Origin: a bacterium
Lineage (GTDB): Bacteria; Patescibacteriota; Minisyncoccia; Phycocordibacterales; UBA918
Length of the DNA stretch: 64,000 bases
Reading direction: 5' to 3'
Assembly (NCBI GenBank): GCA_043719295.1
Contig: JAYSUD010000005.1
Location: forward strand, 98,077 to 162,076
Shown here: one piece after another, positions 20,260 through 30,675 of the stretch
Layout of the letters: each line of letters starts with the position of its first letter
How positions within the stretch are numbered: the first letter of the stretch is position 1
Position numbers and translations under genes: made by a program
Notes under the pieces: model-generated
Seen by the model: the letters and a program-made list of their open reading frames with translations, nothing else
What the model was told of the DNA's origin: nothing
Databases searched by the model: none

Positions 20260-20514
20260 TTAAGAAGCCCAATTATTTTCATCAACAATGGGTTCTTGTG
20301 TGCCTTCAATCCACTCTTTTGCATCGCGGTTGTAGGCAATATCAGCAGCCATAGCTTTATAACCAGCTTCTAGGTCACTTAGAACTACATGTGGACGTGC
20401 TAGAGAACTAAGGTATGTTCCCATCCCCCGTGCACCAAATTTAGCCAACAGACCTAAATAGACTTGTCGATCAAGCATCAAGGTGACTTTCTGCTTTGCA
20501 ATTTTAGTATTCAT
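20260..20514 (-). CDS. antitoxin partner of the PemK/MazF toxin
   Basis: Small gene upstream of the toxin; LEAGY.AMAAD...A.EW.E motif. Confidence 0.75.
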   Translation of the reverse strand: MNTKIAKQKVTLMLDRQVYLGLLAKFGARGMGTYLSSLARPHVVLSDLEAGYKAMAADIAYNRDAKEWIEGTQEPIVDENNWAS

Positions 20515-20580
20515 AATACGTAATAGTATACGTATTAATAATTACTGTCAATATAATGTCCCCACCTTGCACATCTAGTA

Positions 20581-20844
20581 TTAAAGCTTTACATGCTTAT
20601 GGAGAATTGAAGAAATGAGTGTTTGATAGGGAATACCTTCACGAGCTGCTGAAGCTTTGATCTTATTATAACTTTTCTCTGTTAACCGAATACTGATTGT
20701 TCTTGTTTTCTCGAGGGTATAGCGTGCAGCGGCAGCGTACTTAATTTTTTCAGCCTCAAGATCAGCCACAGGTGTATACTCACCCCGCTCGAAAGCGTCT
20801 TCAATTTCTTGTTCTTCAGGAGTTAATGCGAATTTATCTTTCAT
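20581..20844 (-). CDS. BrnA/CopG-like RHH antitoxin
   Basis: ISIRL......IK..AAREGIPYQTLISSILH. Confidence 0.85.
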   Translation of the reverse strand: MKDKFALTPEEQEIEDAFERGEYTPVADLEAEKIKYAAAARYTLEKTRTISIRLTEKSYNKIKASAAREGIPYQTLISSILHKHVKL

Positions 20845-20857
20845 ATATAAATGTTAA

Positions 20858-21121
20858 TTACTTTAAATACTTCTTTGTTGCGACTCTACTTGGATATACT
20901 GTCTTCAAGAAAAATTTTTCATCATCTTCCACAAACGGAACCTCGTATATATACCCATCAATATTTATAATAAATATCTTTTGATGCTCATATGGTGGAT
21001 GATTATCTACAATATCTAAATAATCACCCTGTTCAATATATGTCACACACAAATTGAACGAGATATCTCTATTCTCAATGAGCCACTGATTTTTTTCTTC
21101 ATTCCAATCAAAGTACTTCAC
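20858..21121 (-). CDS. BrnT-like toxin
   Basis: FDWNEEKN..L...R.ISF...YEVPFV...FLKT.YPSR.ATK. Confidence 0.85.
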   Translation of the reverse strand: MKYFDWNEEKNQWLIENRDISFNLCVTYIEQGDYLDIVDNHPPYEHQKIFIINIDGYIYEVPFVEDDEKFFLKTVYPSRVATKKYLK

Positions 21122-21204
21122 ATTAATATTCTATACAATGTATATCAAATGTCAACATGATCTCATGAAAAGAGCTGAAAACCATACAAATGAGCTACAC
21201 CCTG

Positions 21205-22413
21205 TTAGATAGTATTAGTAAGGTTGTAAATTGGCATCAGAACTGATGCGAGCAAGATTCCAACTCCGAGTCCAAGCATTACAATCATCACTGGTTCAAT
21301 AAGGCCAATAAGCGTGTCTACTGCGTTATCAACTTCACGTCGATAGAACTTAGCTAGGGTATTTAAAATCTCAGGTAAGTTTCCTGTCTCCTCCCCTACT
21401 TTTGCCATTTGGGCTAGAACTCCAGGTATCTCAGGATACTCACCGATAGTATCAGCAAACGAACGGCCCCCTTTTACTTCTAAGAGTGTGAACATGAAAA
21501 TCTCTTTGTATACTTCGTTATCAACGACGTCTGCAGTTACTTCAATTGCTTGCACCATTGAGATTCCACTTGCAAGCATTGTTGCTAAGTTGTCACAAAT
21601 ACGGGTGAGGTAGAGTTTACGATTTAAGTCACCAATATACGGAATAGAAATCTTAAACTCATCGTACGCTCGTCGCCCGACGTCTGTTTTAAGAAACCTG
21701 AAGAGAAAGAACCCACCAATTGCCATCACCACAAGAATCACACCAATGTAGTTAGCGAAGAAATTTGATATTGCAAGCACAATCCGTGTGTAGATAGGAA
21801 GCTCTTGCCCAGAGTCTATCAGAATCTGACTAATACGAGGGATCACCATTGTGAACATGAGCCCCATTACCGCGACAAACGTACCAACAACAAACGCTGG
21901 ATACACCATCGCATTTTTGGCCTTTGTCACTACTTGATAGGTACGATCAAGGTAGTCTGCAAGATAGTTAAATGATTTTTCAAGTGATCCTGTTTCCTCT
22001 CCTGAACGAACCATGCTTACGTAGAACGTCGAGAAAATCTCTGGGTGTGCAGATAGTGCACGCGAAATAGAACTTCCCGCCTGCAGTTCGTCCCCAATAG
22101 TAGTTAAGACCGACTGGAGTTGTTTATTTTCTGACTCAGTTGCAAGGAGGCGGAAGATACGCAACGCTGAAACTTGTGCTTCAAAGAGTGTCGCCATCTG
22201 TCGAGACAAAATCACCACATCTTTATTCGATACACTATTAAACCAGTCAAATTGAATGTTAAGAATCGAATTTTTTTCTTCAACCGGATCAATAGCAACA
22301 ACTGTATATCCACGTTTTTGAACCGTGACAATGGCAGCATCAATGTTACTTGCTTCTACCGTTCCTTCTCGCGAAGCGTTATGTTGATCAATTGCTTTGT
22401 AGTTAAAGAGCAT
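21205..22413 (-). CDS. pilC: type IV pilus platform protein
   Basis: F.YKA.D, RQ.ATL, GE.TG.L twice, YP, LIEP. Confidence 0.93.
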   Translation of the reverse strand: MLFNYKAIDQHNASREGTVEASNIDAAIVTVQKRGYTVVAIDPVEEKNSILNIQFDWFNSVSNKDVVILSRQMATLFEAQVSALRIFRLLATESENKQLQSVLTTIGDELQAGSSISRALSAHPEIFSTFYVSMVRSGEETGSLEKSFNYLADYLDRTYQVVTKAKNAMVYPAFVVGTFVAVMGLMFTMVIPRISQILIDSGQELPIYTRIVLAISNFFANYIGVILVVMAIGGFFLFRFLKTDVGRRAYDEFKISIPYIGDLNRKLYLTRICDNLATMLASGISMVQAIEVTADVVDNEVYKEIFMFTLLEVKGGRSFADTIGEYPEIPGVLAQMAKVGEETGNLPEILNTLAKFYRREVDNAVDTLIGLIEPVMIVMLGLGVGILLASVLMPIYNLTNTI

Positions 22414-22419
22414 GTTAGA

Positions 22420-22690
22420 TTTTATTATGAGCGAAGCGAATTATAAACATCTTACACCCTGCCCCATTTTTTGACGAGTCTTTATTGCAACAGTTTTCTA
22501 TTCGAGTATTCATATTTGAAACATTCATTGGTGTAAAAAGAGAAAATGGGGCGGGTAAATTCGAGCATCTGCATTTTCTTTCGTTTTACTCATAAAATAA
22601 TAGAGCCTATTTACTACCAAGTGAGCGAGCAAAGTAGAAAACATTCTTGTTTTCTTCTTTTAAGCGATCGCAGGTAGAAAGATTGTTCAT
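22420..22690. repeat. structured intergenic region with GAGCGAAGCGAA motif
   Basis: gagcgaagcgaa at 22429-22440; cctgccccatttt...aaaatggggcggg inverted repeat. Confidence 0.45.
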
Positions 22691-22694
22691 ACTC

Positions 22695-23765
22695 TTACAT
22701 CAGTCGTTCAAGTCCTTTTGGATTAACCGAGTATGCAAATGCATTCTCAACGGTGATTACACCCTTTTGTACCATCTGTACCAGTGATCTATTCATGTCA
22801 ATCATACCATGCTCAAGACCTGTCTCAATAATAGTCTGCACTTCATGGGTTCTGTTTTCACGAATCAAGTTTGCAACCGCACTATTGTTGATAAGGAGTT
22901 CGTATGCAGGAACGAGTCCACCAGAAATAGACGGAATCAGACGCTGTGAAAAGATTCCCGTAAGTGATCCTGCAAGCTGTGCCCGAATCTGTCCTTGTTG
23001 GGCTGCTGGAAATGAGTCAATGATACGATCAATTGTTTGTGCAGCGTTGTTAGTATGAAGTGTTGAAAGTACCAAGTGCCCCGTTTCTGCTGCGGTAACT
23101 GCAGTTGCAATAGTTTCTGCATTACGCATTTCTCCAACTAAGATAACATCAACGTCCTGTCGGAAGACAGCAGTAAGCGCGGTTTGAAAACTGTCGGTAT
23201 CAACTCCTACTTCTCGTTGCACAATAAGCGATTTCTTTGGTTCGTAAATATATTCAATTGGATCTTCGATAGTCACAATGTGCTGCGCGAAATTTTGATT
23301 AATGAGCTCAACCATTGAAGCAAGGGTGGTTGACTTCCCTTGCCCTACCGGGCCCACACAAAGGAAAAACCCCTGTGGTCGCTGTGTGAATGTCTCTAAG
23401 ATGCTCGGAAGCCCTAGCTCCTCAAGTGTTCGGATACTGTCAGGGATAAGTCGAAGTGCAATTGCTTTTGTACCATTTTGAAAAAAACCGTTACCACGAA
23501 ATCGAACTCCATCTTGGTGCGCATATGAAAAGTCCACTTCAAATGTTTCAAGGTAACTCTTGTACTTTTGTTCACTCATCAAGGTCCGAGCAAATCCATC
23601 AACGTCTTCATTGGTCAAAATTGGTTTTTTAATGAGTGGAATGAGTGAGCCTGTGATACGTACAATAGGATGTGAGCCTGTACTCAAGTGCAAGTCAGAG
23701 CCTTTTTCCGCATGAAGTATCTCAATAAGTTCTTTTAGTTCTCGTTTGTAATCAACTGATGCCAT
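22695..23765 (-). CDS. pilT: pilus retraction ATPase
   Basis: SDLHL, GPVGQGKSTT, TIEDPIE, DVILVGEMR, TGHLV.STLHT, RIID.FP. Confidence 0.95.
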   Translation of the reverse strand: MASVDYKRELKELIEILHAEKGSDLHLSTGSHPIVRITGSLIPLIKKPILTNEDVDGFARTLMSEQKYKSYLETFEVDFSYAHQDGVRFRGNGFFQNGTKAIALRLIPDSIRTLEELGLPSILETFTQRPQGFFLCVGPVGQGKSTTLASMVELINQNFAQHIVTIEDPIEYIYEPKKSLIVQREVGVDTDSFQTALTAVFRQDVDVILVGEMRNAETIATAVTAAETGHLVLSTLHTNNAAQTIDRIIDSFPAAQQGQIRAQLAGSLTGIFSQRLIPSISGGLVPAYELLINNSAVANLIRENRTHEVQTIIETGLEHGMIDMNRSLVQMVQKGVITVENAFAYSVNPKGLERLM

Positions 23766-23775
23766 ATAAATAAAA

Positions 23776-24138
23776 TTATGAAACAATGGTGTGCACTTTT
23801 GCTACTACTTCACTTGGAATTAAATCTGCTTTAATAATATACCCTACTGCGCCTTGTGCATATGCGGCGGTAATATCACTTTCTTCACCTTGGTTTGAAA
23901 GTACAATACATTTTGCACTTGGTGCAATATTTTTATCTTTTATCTCTTTTAAAAGCTCTACACCACTCATCCCTGGCATCACCATATCCATAATGATGAC
24001 ATCAAAGGCTTCAGAACCAAGTTGTAACAGCGCATGTTTGCCGTCTTCTGCACTCTTAACTTCATCTCCATATTCTGAAAATTTTGTTGCGTACATATCA
24101 CGCAAAAAGATGTCATCATCAACAAGTAAAATCTTCAT
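23776..24138 (-). CDS. single-domain response regulator (CheY-like)
   Basis: KILLVDDD, D..MPGMSG, K of YIIK. Confidence 0.92.
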   Translation of the reverse strand: MKILLVDDDIFLRDMYATKFSEYGDEVKSAEDGKHALLQLGSEAFDVIIMDMVMPGMSGVELLKEIKDKNIAPSAKCIVLSNQGEESDITAAYAQGAVGYIIKADLIPSEVVAKVHTIVS

Positions 24139-24147
24139 TACTGTGTA

Positions 24148-25965
24148 TTATACTTGAGTTAGATCTTCAATTGGTGAGTTATTGACAGGCACGACTTCTT
24201 CAAGCTCTTGATCCATCGCGTTTTCAAGTCCAATCTTTGTACCAAAGTTGTTAATTTCTTCGTACGGGATGACGTGATCAAGCGCCTTGATGATGGCATC
24301 TTCTTTCATGCTCATAAAACCATTTTTCCGAGCAATTGCGAGGATGTCTTCTTCAGATCCATTCTTGAGAATCTGTTCTTGGATTTCACTTGAGATTTCA
24401 AGTACCTCCATAACTGCAGAGCGGCCTTTTGTTCCTGAAGCACATCCTGACGTTGCTTCAGGATGCATGACTGACTTCCCTGTCGGAACTAAGTGTCGAT
24501 ATTTTTCTGGAAGTGTTTTGAACTCCTCATCAATCATCATTTGAAGTGACGTATCAACAGGAACTTCCTTACCTGTGTTAGGACATAAACGTCGTGCGAG
24601 TCGTTGCGCAATAGCAAGCTTCAACGTAGGTGCAATCAAATACGGATCAACACCCATATCAATCAAACGTGGCACAACTCCAATTGAGTTGTTGGTGTGA
24701 ATTGTTGAAAGTACCAAGTGCCCTGTAAGCGCAGCTTGTACCGCAAGTTGTGCTGTTTCTTTATCACGAATCTCTCCTACCATAATAACGTCGGGGTCTT
24801 GACGTAACGCACTTCGAAGTCCATTGGCGAATGTGTACCCAATCTCAGGACGGACTTGTGACTGACTTACTCCTTTGATGTTGTACTCAATAGGGTCTTC
24901 AAGCGAAAGTACGTTTTTTGAAACACAGTCAACTTCAGACAACATCGCATAGAGCGTTGTTGATTTACCACTTCCTGTTGGTCCCGAGATAAGGATTATC
25001 CCATACGGTTCTTTAAGCATTCTCCTAATAGTTTGAAGATTATGGGGTGAGATTCCTGTGTCTTCAAGCGTACTTACCCCTTTGATGTTATCAAGAATAC
25101 GCATTACCACTTTTTCACCATAGTTTGTTGGCAGAATTGATACACGAAAGTCAATCTTGCGACCATCAAACGTTGAGGAGAAACGCCCGTCTTGTGGCTT
25201 ACGCTTTTCATCAAGACGCATGGACGATAAAATCTTCACACGTGCAACAACAGCTGCTTGCACATTTTTTGGCAACTCAAGACTTTTCGCAAGAATACCG
25301 TCAACTCGAAATCGCACAACCACATTTGCATCAGTTGGTTCAATGTGAATGTCAGACGCTGCTCCATCAATCGCGTAACGCAAAATGGTTGCAACAATTT
25401 TTGTAACAGGAGCATCCTCTTTGATATGTTGCAGGTTTTCTTCTGCCTTAGCATCAATATCCTCGCCAGTTAATGCAGCGAGATCTTTATCACTCTTAGT
25501 TGTATCAAGTGATCCTAATGCCTCACCTATCTCTCCGCTTAGAGACTCATACGACTCTAGTACTTTTTCAATATCAGATTCCAATACAAATACCAGCTTA
25601 GAAGGTAGATCATACTGCAGACTAATAAAGTTTAAGACCTCACGGACTTTTAAGTTATCCGGGTTGTTTGCCCCAATGATAAGTACACTATCTTCGATTT
25701 TAAGGGGTACAATCTGATAATGTCGAGCAGACTCTTCAGGTAAGTATTGCAATATCTCATGGGGAACCGACTCATCTTTTCCAATTAAGTATCCAGGTAC
25801 ACCAAACTCTTCGGCAAATGCATTGAGTACAACTTCTTTTGGCACCTCTTTCTGCAAAAGAGCTCTCTCAAGAGAAAAACCTAAATCGTTACTTTTAGCA
25901 CCAATCTCCAAAGAATCTTCTTCTGTTATTGCGCCCGATTGTAAGAGACGTTCGAGTACATCCAT
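24148..25965 (-). CDS. pilB: pilus assembly ATPase PilB/GspE
   Basis: ASDIHIEP, RFRVDG, PQDGR, GPTGSGKSTT, LRQDPD, GEIRD. Confidence 0.95.
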   Translation of the reverse strand: MDVLERLLQSGAITEEDSLEIGAKSNDLGFSLERALLQKEVPKEVVLNAFAEEFGVPGYLIGKDESVPHEILQYLPEESARHYQIVPLKIEDSVLIIGANNPDNLKVREVLNFISLQYDLPSKLVFVLESDIEKVLESYESLSGEIGEALGSLDTTKSDKDLAALTGEDIDAKAEENLQHIKEDAPVTKIVATILRYAIDGAASDIHIEPTDANVVVRFRVDGILAKSLELPKNVQAAVVARVKILSSMRLDEKRKPQDGRFSSTFDGRKIDFRVSILPTNYGEKVVMRILDNIKGVSTLEDTGISPHNLQTIRRMLKEPYGIILISGPTGSGKSTTLYAMLSEVDCVSKNVLSLEDPIEYNIKGVSQSQVRPEIGYTFANGLRSALRQDPDVIMVGEIRDKETAQLAVQAALTGHLVLSTIHTNNSIGVVPRLIDMGVDPYLIAPTLKLAIAQRLARRLCPNTGKEVPVDTSLQMMIDEEFKTLPEKYRHLVPTGKSVMHPEATSGCASGTKGRSAVMEVLEISSEIQEQILKNGSEEDILAIARKNGFMSMKEDAIIKALDHVIPYEEINNFGTKIGLENAMDQELEEVVPVNNSPIEDLTQV

Positions 25966-25971
25966 ACACAA

Positions 25972-26259
25972 TTAATTTACTTCAAATGGGTTTTGACTTC
26001 CAACTGGTTCAGCGCTTACGTTAGGTGTAACATTCTTTAGCGAAGCAAAACGGGGATCATAAAATATTTCGCCATTGAGCTCAACTGCCGATAATTCATT
26101 AAGACGACTCAAGATTTGGGCACTTTCAATTTCAAGATTATCTGCAAGAGGACTAGTAGTAAGTGTTGCCAGAGAATTTTGCTTGTAGAGGTAATAGCCA
26201 AGTGCAACAGTCCCCACAAGGCCTAAGAGTATAAATAAGTTTTTAAGTAATGAAGTCAT
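25972..26259 (-). CDS. small membrane-anchored pilus-locus protein
   Basis: N-terminal TM helix, C-terminal G..NPF; position after PilO-like gene. Confidence 0.65.
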   Translation of the reverse strand: MTSLLKNLFILLGLVGTVALGYYLYKQNSLATLTTSPLADNLEIESAQILSRLNELSAVELNGEIFYDPRFASLKNVTPNVSAEPVGSQNPFEVN

Positions 26260-26263
26260 ATGA

Positions 26264-26914
26264 TTATGATGAGGGAGTAAGACCAAATGCGCGAAGTGTT
26301 AATTCAAAGTTATACTCACCATTTTTTCTACTTTGTGTCTCTGTGTTTGCGCCAGTTTGGCCACCTCCCGTTGCGGGCTTGAGAGTGAATTCAACAACTT
26401 CGAGCAATGCAGGATTAGCTTCAATTTGCGCGAGTGCATTTTTCATGTCTTCATAAGAACTTGAAAACATCACTTTGATGTCGCGTGAATAGATGCCTGA
26501 TGTAATAGTTGGCTTCACTGTCTCCATAACAGTACCATCAGCATTGTATACAATCTCTTCTTCTACTGATGCTTCAGAGAAGGGTGCAATTTCTTCAGCA
26601 ACAGTCATCGACGTAGGAAGTATGTTTGTTCCAAGAAGGATACTTTCAAGGTCGTGCATAATCGCAATCTCATCAATAGAGAGTGGAATAAATTTCTCAA
26701 GTGATACTAATCCTTCTTGTGGAAATGACTCTTTGGTTGCAAGGAGCTCCTGAAGCCGTTCGTTATATTGTGAAGCTTTATCTACCGCATCGCTATATTT
26801 AAAGATATCGTCTTGAATTGCTTTAGTATCTTCAAACTTTGGCATGACATAGGTAAATATGATGACACATGCTGCGCCAATGAGTACCACCTGCATGAGT
26901 AATGAGTATTTCAT
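26264..26914 (-). CDS. PilO-like protein
   Basis: N-terminal TM helix, coiled coil, SSYEDMK..L..IE; gene order. Confidence 0.7.
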   Translation of the reverse strand: MKYSLLMQVVLIGAACVIIFTYVMPKFEDTKAIQDDIFKYSDAVDKASQYNERLQELLATKESFPQEGLVSLEKFIPLSIDEIAIMHDLESILLGTNILPTSMTVAEEIAPFSEASVEEEIVYNADGTVMETVKPTITSGIYSRDIKVMFSSSYEDMKNALAQIEANPALLEVVEFTLKPATGGGQTGANTETQSRKNGEYNFELTLRAFGLTPSS

Positions 26915-26918
26915 ATAG

Positions 26919-27674
26919 TTATTGTATGCTTGTGTCTACCTCTGAGGTTGTGTCAGTTGACACATTGTCAGTAGAATCAGTACTATTTTGTTCTGCAGAA
27001 TCAGAAGTAGTGTCTTGATTTTGTTCTACTGTTACATCGCTATTTTCTACTACTTGTGGAGCATAGTTCACTAATGTAGGGTCAATGTCAGAAGAAATTT
27101 CAAATGCAATTACAGGATCATCTTGCGTTTCTCTTTGACCGTCTTTCTCAACATCGTCTGATACTTCACCAGCTATTTCTACCTTAGTGAAGGTGGCTTG
27201 AGCCAAGACAGGGTTTAAATCAAGTACTTCCCGTTGGAAGAGTACGCTATTGAAACTTCTTGCTTCACCTTTAAGTGTGATTAGAGGCGCAGCGTCGCTC
27301 ACTCGTTTGTAATCAAAAGAAGTTAGGGTTAAAGATTCAAGTGCACTATTTTCAATGGCACCAAAAATACGCGGAAGTGAGATATGCGCATCCATCTTTG
27401 CTTCTGCAGTATTAATAAGTTGCTCAAGTCGTAGAACACTTTCAATTTCACCTTGTCCAAACTTACTCTGTTCCTGGGTAAGTTTCGTCTTTTCTACATT
27501 TACTTTTGCCTCAAGCGTGTAGGTGTATAAGAAGACTGCTGCTGCAGATACGATTGCCCCAAAGAATAAAACATACGCAACGTACGAGAGTATATATATT
27601 TTACGTACACCTCGATTTTGTACGTTACCTTGCGTTGGACGCTTGGGTATAAAAGAAGTATTTTGAGGGTTCAT
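26919..27674 (-). CDS. PilN-like protein
   Basis: TSFIPK N terminus, TM helix, L.GEA.SF; follows pilM. Confidence 0.7.
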   Translation of the reverse strand: MNPQNTSFIPKRPTQGNVQNRGVRKIYILSYVAYVLFFGAIVSAAAVFLYTYTLEAKVNVEKTKLTQEQSKFGQGEIESVLRLEQLINTAEAKMDAHISLPRIFGAIENSALESLTLTSFDYKRVSDAAPLITLKGEARSFNSVLFQREVLDLNPVLAQATFTKVEIAGEVSDDVEKDGQRETQDDPVIAFEISSDIDPTLVNYAPQVVENSDVTVEQNQDTTSDSAEQNSTDSTDNVSTDTTSEVDTSIQ

Positions 27675-27735
27675 ATTCTCTCTTAGTATACGTGAGCATA
27701 CTTACATCATAGTTTCATCTGTGTGGATAAGAGCG

Positions 27736-28824
27736 CTACTGTTCAAATGATTGAAGTGCTGCTCCAAGTGCAACTGTAAACACAGGGGCAATGGAAGTGA
27801 GTGTATCTTCCATAAATGCCGGATATGCAATTTTATTAAACGGATTAGTGATTTCTACTTGTGCATCAAGTGCATACGAAAGTAAGGGGACAAAATCAGT
27901 GTGTAGTGATGCTCCGCCAGTTGCAACAACACGACTCACCTTCTTTCCTGTTCGTGTTTGATACTGATCAAGTACACGTTTGAACTCTTGGAACGTACGG
28001 TCAAAAGCGGTACTCATAATTTTTTTAATCAATTGGCCGTCTTCACTTTGCCCATCTGCGCTCCGTTTAATATTTTCAGCATCTTCAAATGAAATATTTT
28101 TCTGTTTGGCAAGTGAGGAAGTTACGTACGACCCTCCAGTTTGGACCCTATGGATTCTGCATAAAAAACCACCCTCAGCGATGTATAGCTTGCTTGTTTT
28201 AGCTCCAATATCAATAACAGCAATGGAACTATCAGAGTCTTTTGTTACTGCCCGCAATGTACTGAAAATCTCAAGCTCAGAACGTCGTGAAGCCATGGAA
28301 ACGGATTCTCCGAGCGCATTCATTTCCCGAAGTGCTTCGTTTAAGATTGCGACAAGAAGTACCTCGCGGGTTAAATTATCTTTTTTTCCTTCTTGAGCCA
28401 ATTCTGACCACTCAAGCGCGACATCAGTAAGTGGCACGGGGATGTATTTCCGTGCTTCAACATGAACACGAGGAGTAATATCTTCCCCCGCTTTTGCTTG
28501 GAGTGGAATAATCGTGACAAAACTATCAGATAGTGGTAACGCAAGTGCGCCTGTTTTTGCAGTAACTCCTGACTCACGAAGCACGTCAACAAGCGCTTCG
28601 ATGCGCTTTTGAAGTGGCAACTTCACTGCATTTCCTAATCCCGATTCACCATACGGACCAAGTTGTAATTCACCATAGGTTGATAATGAAAGCACACCCT
28701 CACTCTTTTCTACTTCAACAACTTTAATTGAAGATGAACCAAAATCAATCCCAACCACCTTAGAAGCAAGTGGTGGAGTCACTTTAGAAACAGATGAAAA
28801 AACTTTTTTGAAATCAAACGCCAT
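27736..28824 (-). CDS. pilM: type IV pilus assembly protein PilM
   Basis: GIDFGSSSIKVVE, EARKYIP, IDIGA, TGG, A.GAAL. Confidence 0.93.
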   Translation of the reverse strand: MAFDFKKVFSSVSKVTPPLASKVVGIDFGSSSIKVVEVEKSEGVLSLSTYGELQLGPYGESGLGNAVKLPLQKRIEALVDVLRESGVTAKTGALALPLSDSFVTIIPLQAKAGEDITPRVHVEARKYIPVPLTDVALEWSELAQEGKKDNLTREVLLVAILNEALREMNALGESVSMASRRSELEIFSTLRAVTKDSDSSIAVIDIGAKTSKLYIAEGGFLCRIHRVQTGGSYVTSSLAKQKNISFEDAENIKRSADGQSEDGQLIKKIMSTAFDRTFQEFKRVLDQYQTRTGKKVSRVVATGGASLHTDFVPLLSYALDAQVEITNPFNKIAYPAFMEDTLTSIAPVFTVALGAALQSFEQ

Positions 28825-28865
28825 ACTGCTCTTATTCTAGCATCATCTCTATGTATACTTATAGT

Positions 28866-29483
28866 ATGAAAAAGCTCTACCTGAGGATACTTGATGTGCT
28901 ATTTCCGCAAGGAGATGATGAGAAACTTCTTGCGCGCACAACAAACGAGCACTTTATTCAAAAATTCCTCCATGCAAAAGAAGATACTGTAGTCTATCTC
29001 TCTTCATTTAAAGATCTTCAGATACGCGCTGCGCTACACCTAAATAAGTTTCATAAAAACACCCGTGCCCGAGAGCTACTTGCACAACTGTTGACTTTGT
29101 ACCTAACGCAACTACCAAAGAAAGAGTACCTTCTGATACCCATTCCCCTTTCAAGCAAGCGAGAACGTAAACGAGGATATAATCAAGTAACCATCATTGC
29201 AGAAGCAGCACTTTTACAGTGCAACCTGCCTGTACATCTGACAACACATATCTTACAAAGAAACCGTGATACTAAACCACAAACTTCACTTCATAAAGAG
29301 GCTCGACTTACAAATCTCGCTGGTGCATTTTCTGTCTCGCAAAAAGAAAGTCAAAGCCTAAAGGGTGCACACATCATTTTACTTGATGACGTTACTACAA
29401 CAGGAGCAACGTTACATGAAGCAAAAGCTGTGCTTTTGCTTCATCATCCTTCTTCGGTTACGTGCGTTGCTATTGCCCGGTAA
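28866..29483 (+). CDS. comF: ComF-family competence protein (PRTase domain)
   Basis: IPIPLS.KR.RKRGYNQ, R..NL.GAF, LLDDVTTTGATL. Confidence 0.9.
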   Translation: MKKLYLRILDVLFPQGDDEKLLARTTNEHFIQKFLHAKEDTVVYLSSFKDLQIRAALHLNKFHKNTRARELLAQLLTLYLTQLPKKEYLLIPIPLSSKRERKRGYNQVTIIAEAALLQCNLPVHLTTHILQRNRDTKPQTSLHKEARLTNLAGAFSVSQKESQSLKGAHIILLDDVTTTGATLHEAKAVLLLHHPSSVTCVAIAR

Positions 29484-29614
29484 TGTTGGTTTATACCATG
29501 GCACACGTGTTGGTTGTGCAACAAAAATTTTTATTCATCTTACAGAAAGTAGGTCTTATAAAATATTTTTTGCACGCCTCCTATTACACTCAGTGTATAG
29601 ACCCAGCAAAATCC

Positions 29615-29739
29615 TAAAACTTGTAAAAGTGAGTGCAATTCGAGACGCACAAACAAAATAGGACGAGTCGTACGCATAGTACGGTGAGGAGTATTTTCGT
29701 GCAGTGTAACGAAGAAGTGTACCGCTTTTACAAGTTTTA
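29615..29739 (+). repeat. ~125-bp palindromic GTAC-hairpin repeat, copy 1
   Basis: Terminal IR taaaacttgtaaaag; reverse complement closely matches 60475-60599. Confidence 0.8.
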
Positions 29740-29741
29740 TA

Positions 29742-29978
29742 TTACTCAATAATAGAAGCCATTACTGCCTGAATCATATTTCCGGTTTGTGGCGATACGG
29801 CGAAATGGAGCGTGAGCGAAGTAATGAGTGCCACAAGGACAGTTGCGCCAAGTGCCGTCCCCATTCCACGGATAAACCCATGGACAAAAATAAACCCAAG
29901 TGAGTTTTGACGTCGAAGTGCGATATCAATCTCAGCAAGAACTGGTTCTAAATTATTTTCAGTCTTCTTTTTTTGCAT
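29742..29978 (-). CDS. small membrane protein
   Basis: F.HG.IRG.G.ALGAT TM segment. Confidence 0.6.
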   Translation of the reverse strand: MQKKKTENNLEPVLAEIDIALRRQNSLGFIFVHGFIRGMGTALGATVLVALITSLTLHFAVSPQTGNMIQAVMASIIE

Positions 29979-30092
29979 ACACAGATGATACCATTTGATT
30001 TTGTAATACCGCACACAATTTTTTAGGAGGTGTGGAAAGAGAAAATGAGCTGTCTGTGTATACCCTTTCCTATTGATACAATATAATGTACC

Positions 30093-30650
30093 TCAAACAA
30101 CATCAACCAACTCAGGGAATGCATCTGTGCCCATTTCGATTGTAATGTAATGCCCATGATTGGGTAATTCAGTCACTTTGCAATCTAATTTTGTAGTGAT
30201 TATATTTCTGCTTGTTGTACCATCCTTATCTTCAGTATTAGAGGAGAATACAATTCTTTCACCAACTCTTTCTTTTATGCTTTCATCAATTTTAAAATTG
30301 TAAAAATCTTGAATAGACTTACTATCACTTTTGGTGACAAAATTTGGTGCAACCATAATTAGCTTAGCAATGGATATTTTAGTTTCTCCAAGCCACCGCA
30401 CCAGAAACGCACATCCTCGACTATGCCCAATGAGCACTGAATCTTCATCTACTCTATATTTTTCAAACTCAGTTTTCCATTCTGCATATTCACAATTCCA
30501 AGGATTCGGCATTGATGGAGTAATAGTGATTATCCCATTGCTTTCAAGTTTAGATTTAACCCATGGTAACCAATACATTGTATGAATATGATGAGGTGTT
30601 TCTTCCTTATCAGATAGAGGTCCCCCGTGAATGATAATGCAGGTTTTCAT
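30093..30650 (-). CDS. RBBP9/YdeN-family alpha/beta hydrolase
   Basis: IIHG, W.PW.K..L, GHSRG nucleophile elbow, GHY. Confidence 0.88.
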   Translation of the reverse strand: MKTCIIIHGGPLSDKEETPHHIHTMYWLPWVKSKLESNGIITITPSMPNPWNCEYAEWKTEFEKYRVDEDSVLIGHSRGCAFLVRWLGETKISIAKLIMVAPNFVTKSDSKSIQDFYNFKIDESIKERVGERIVFSSNTEDKDGTTSRNIITTKLDCKVTELPNHGHYITIEMGTDAFPELVDVV

Positions 30651-30675
30651 GTACGAATTAGTGTAGCAAAATTCT

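Noticed and set aside
29540-29749. Similar small ORFs 29540-29749 and 60447-60638 (shared ILFVRLELHS)
   Set aside because: Similarity is explained by the palindromic DNA repeat; other copies do not keep the frame.
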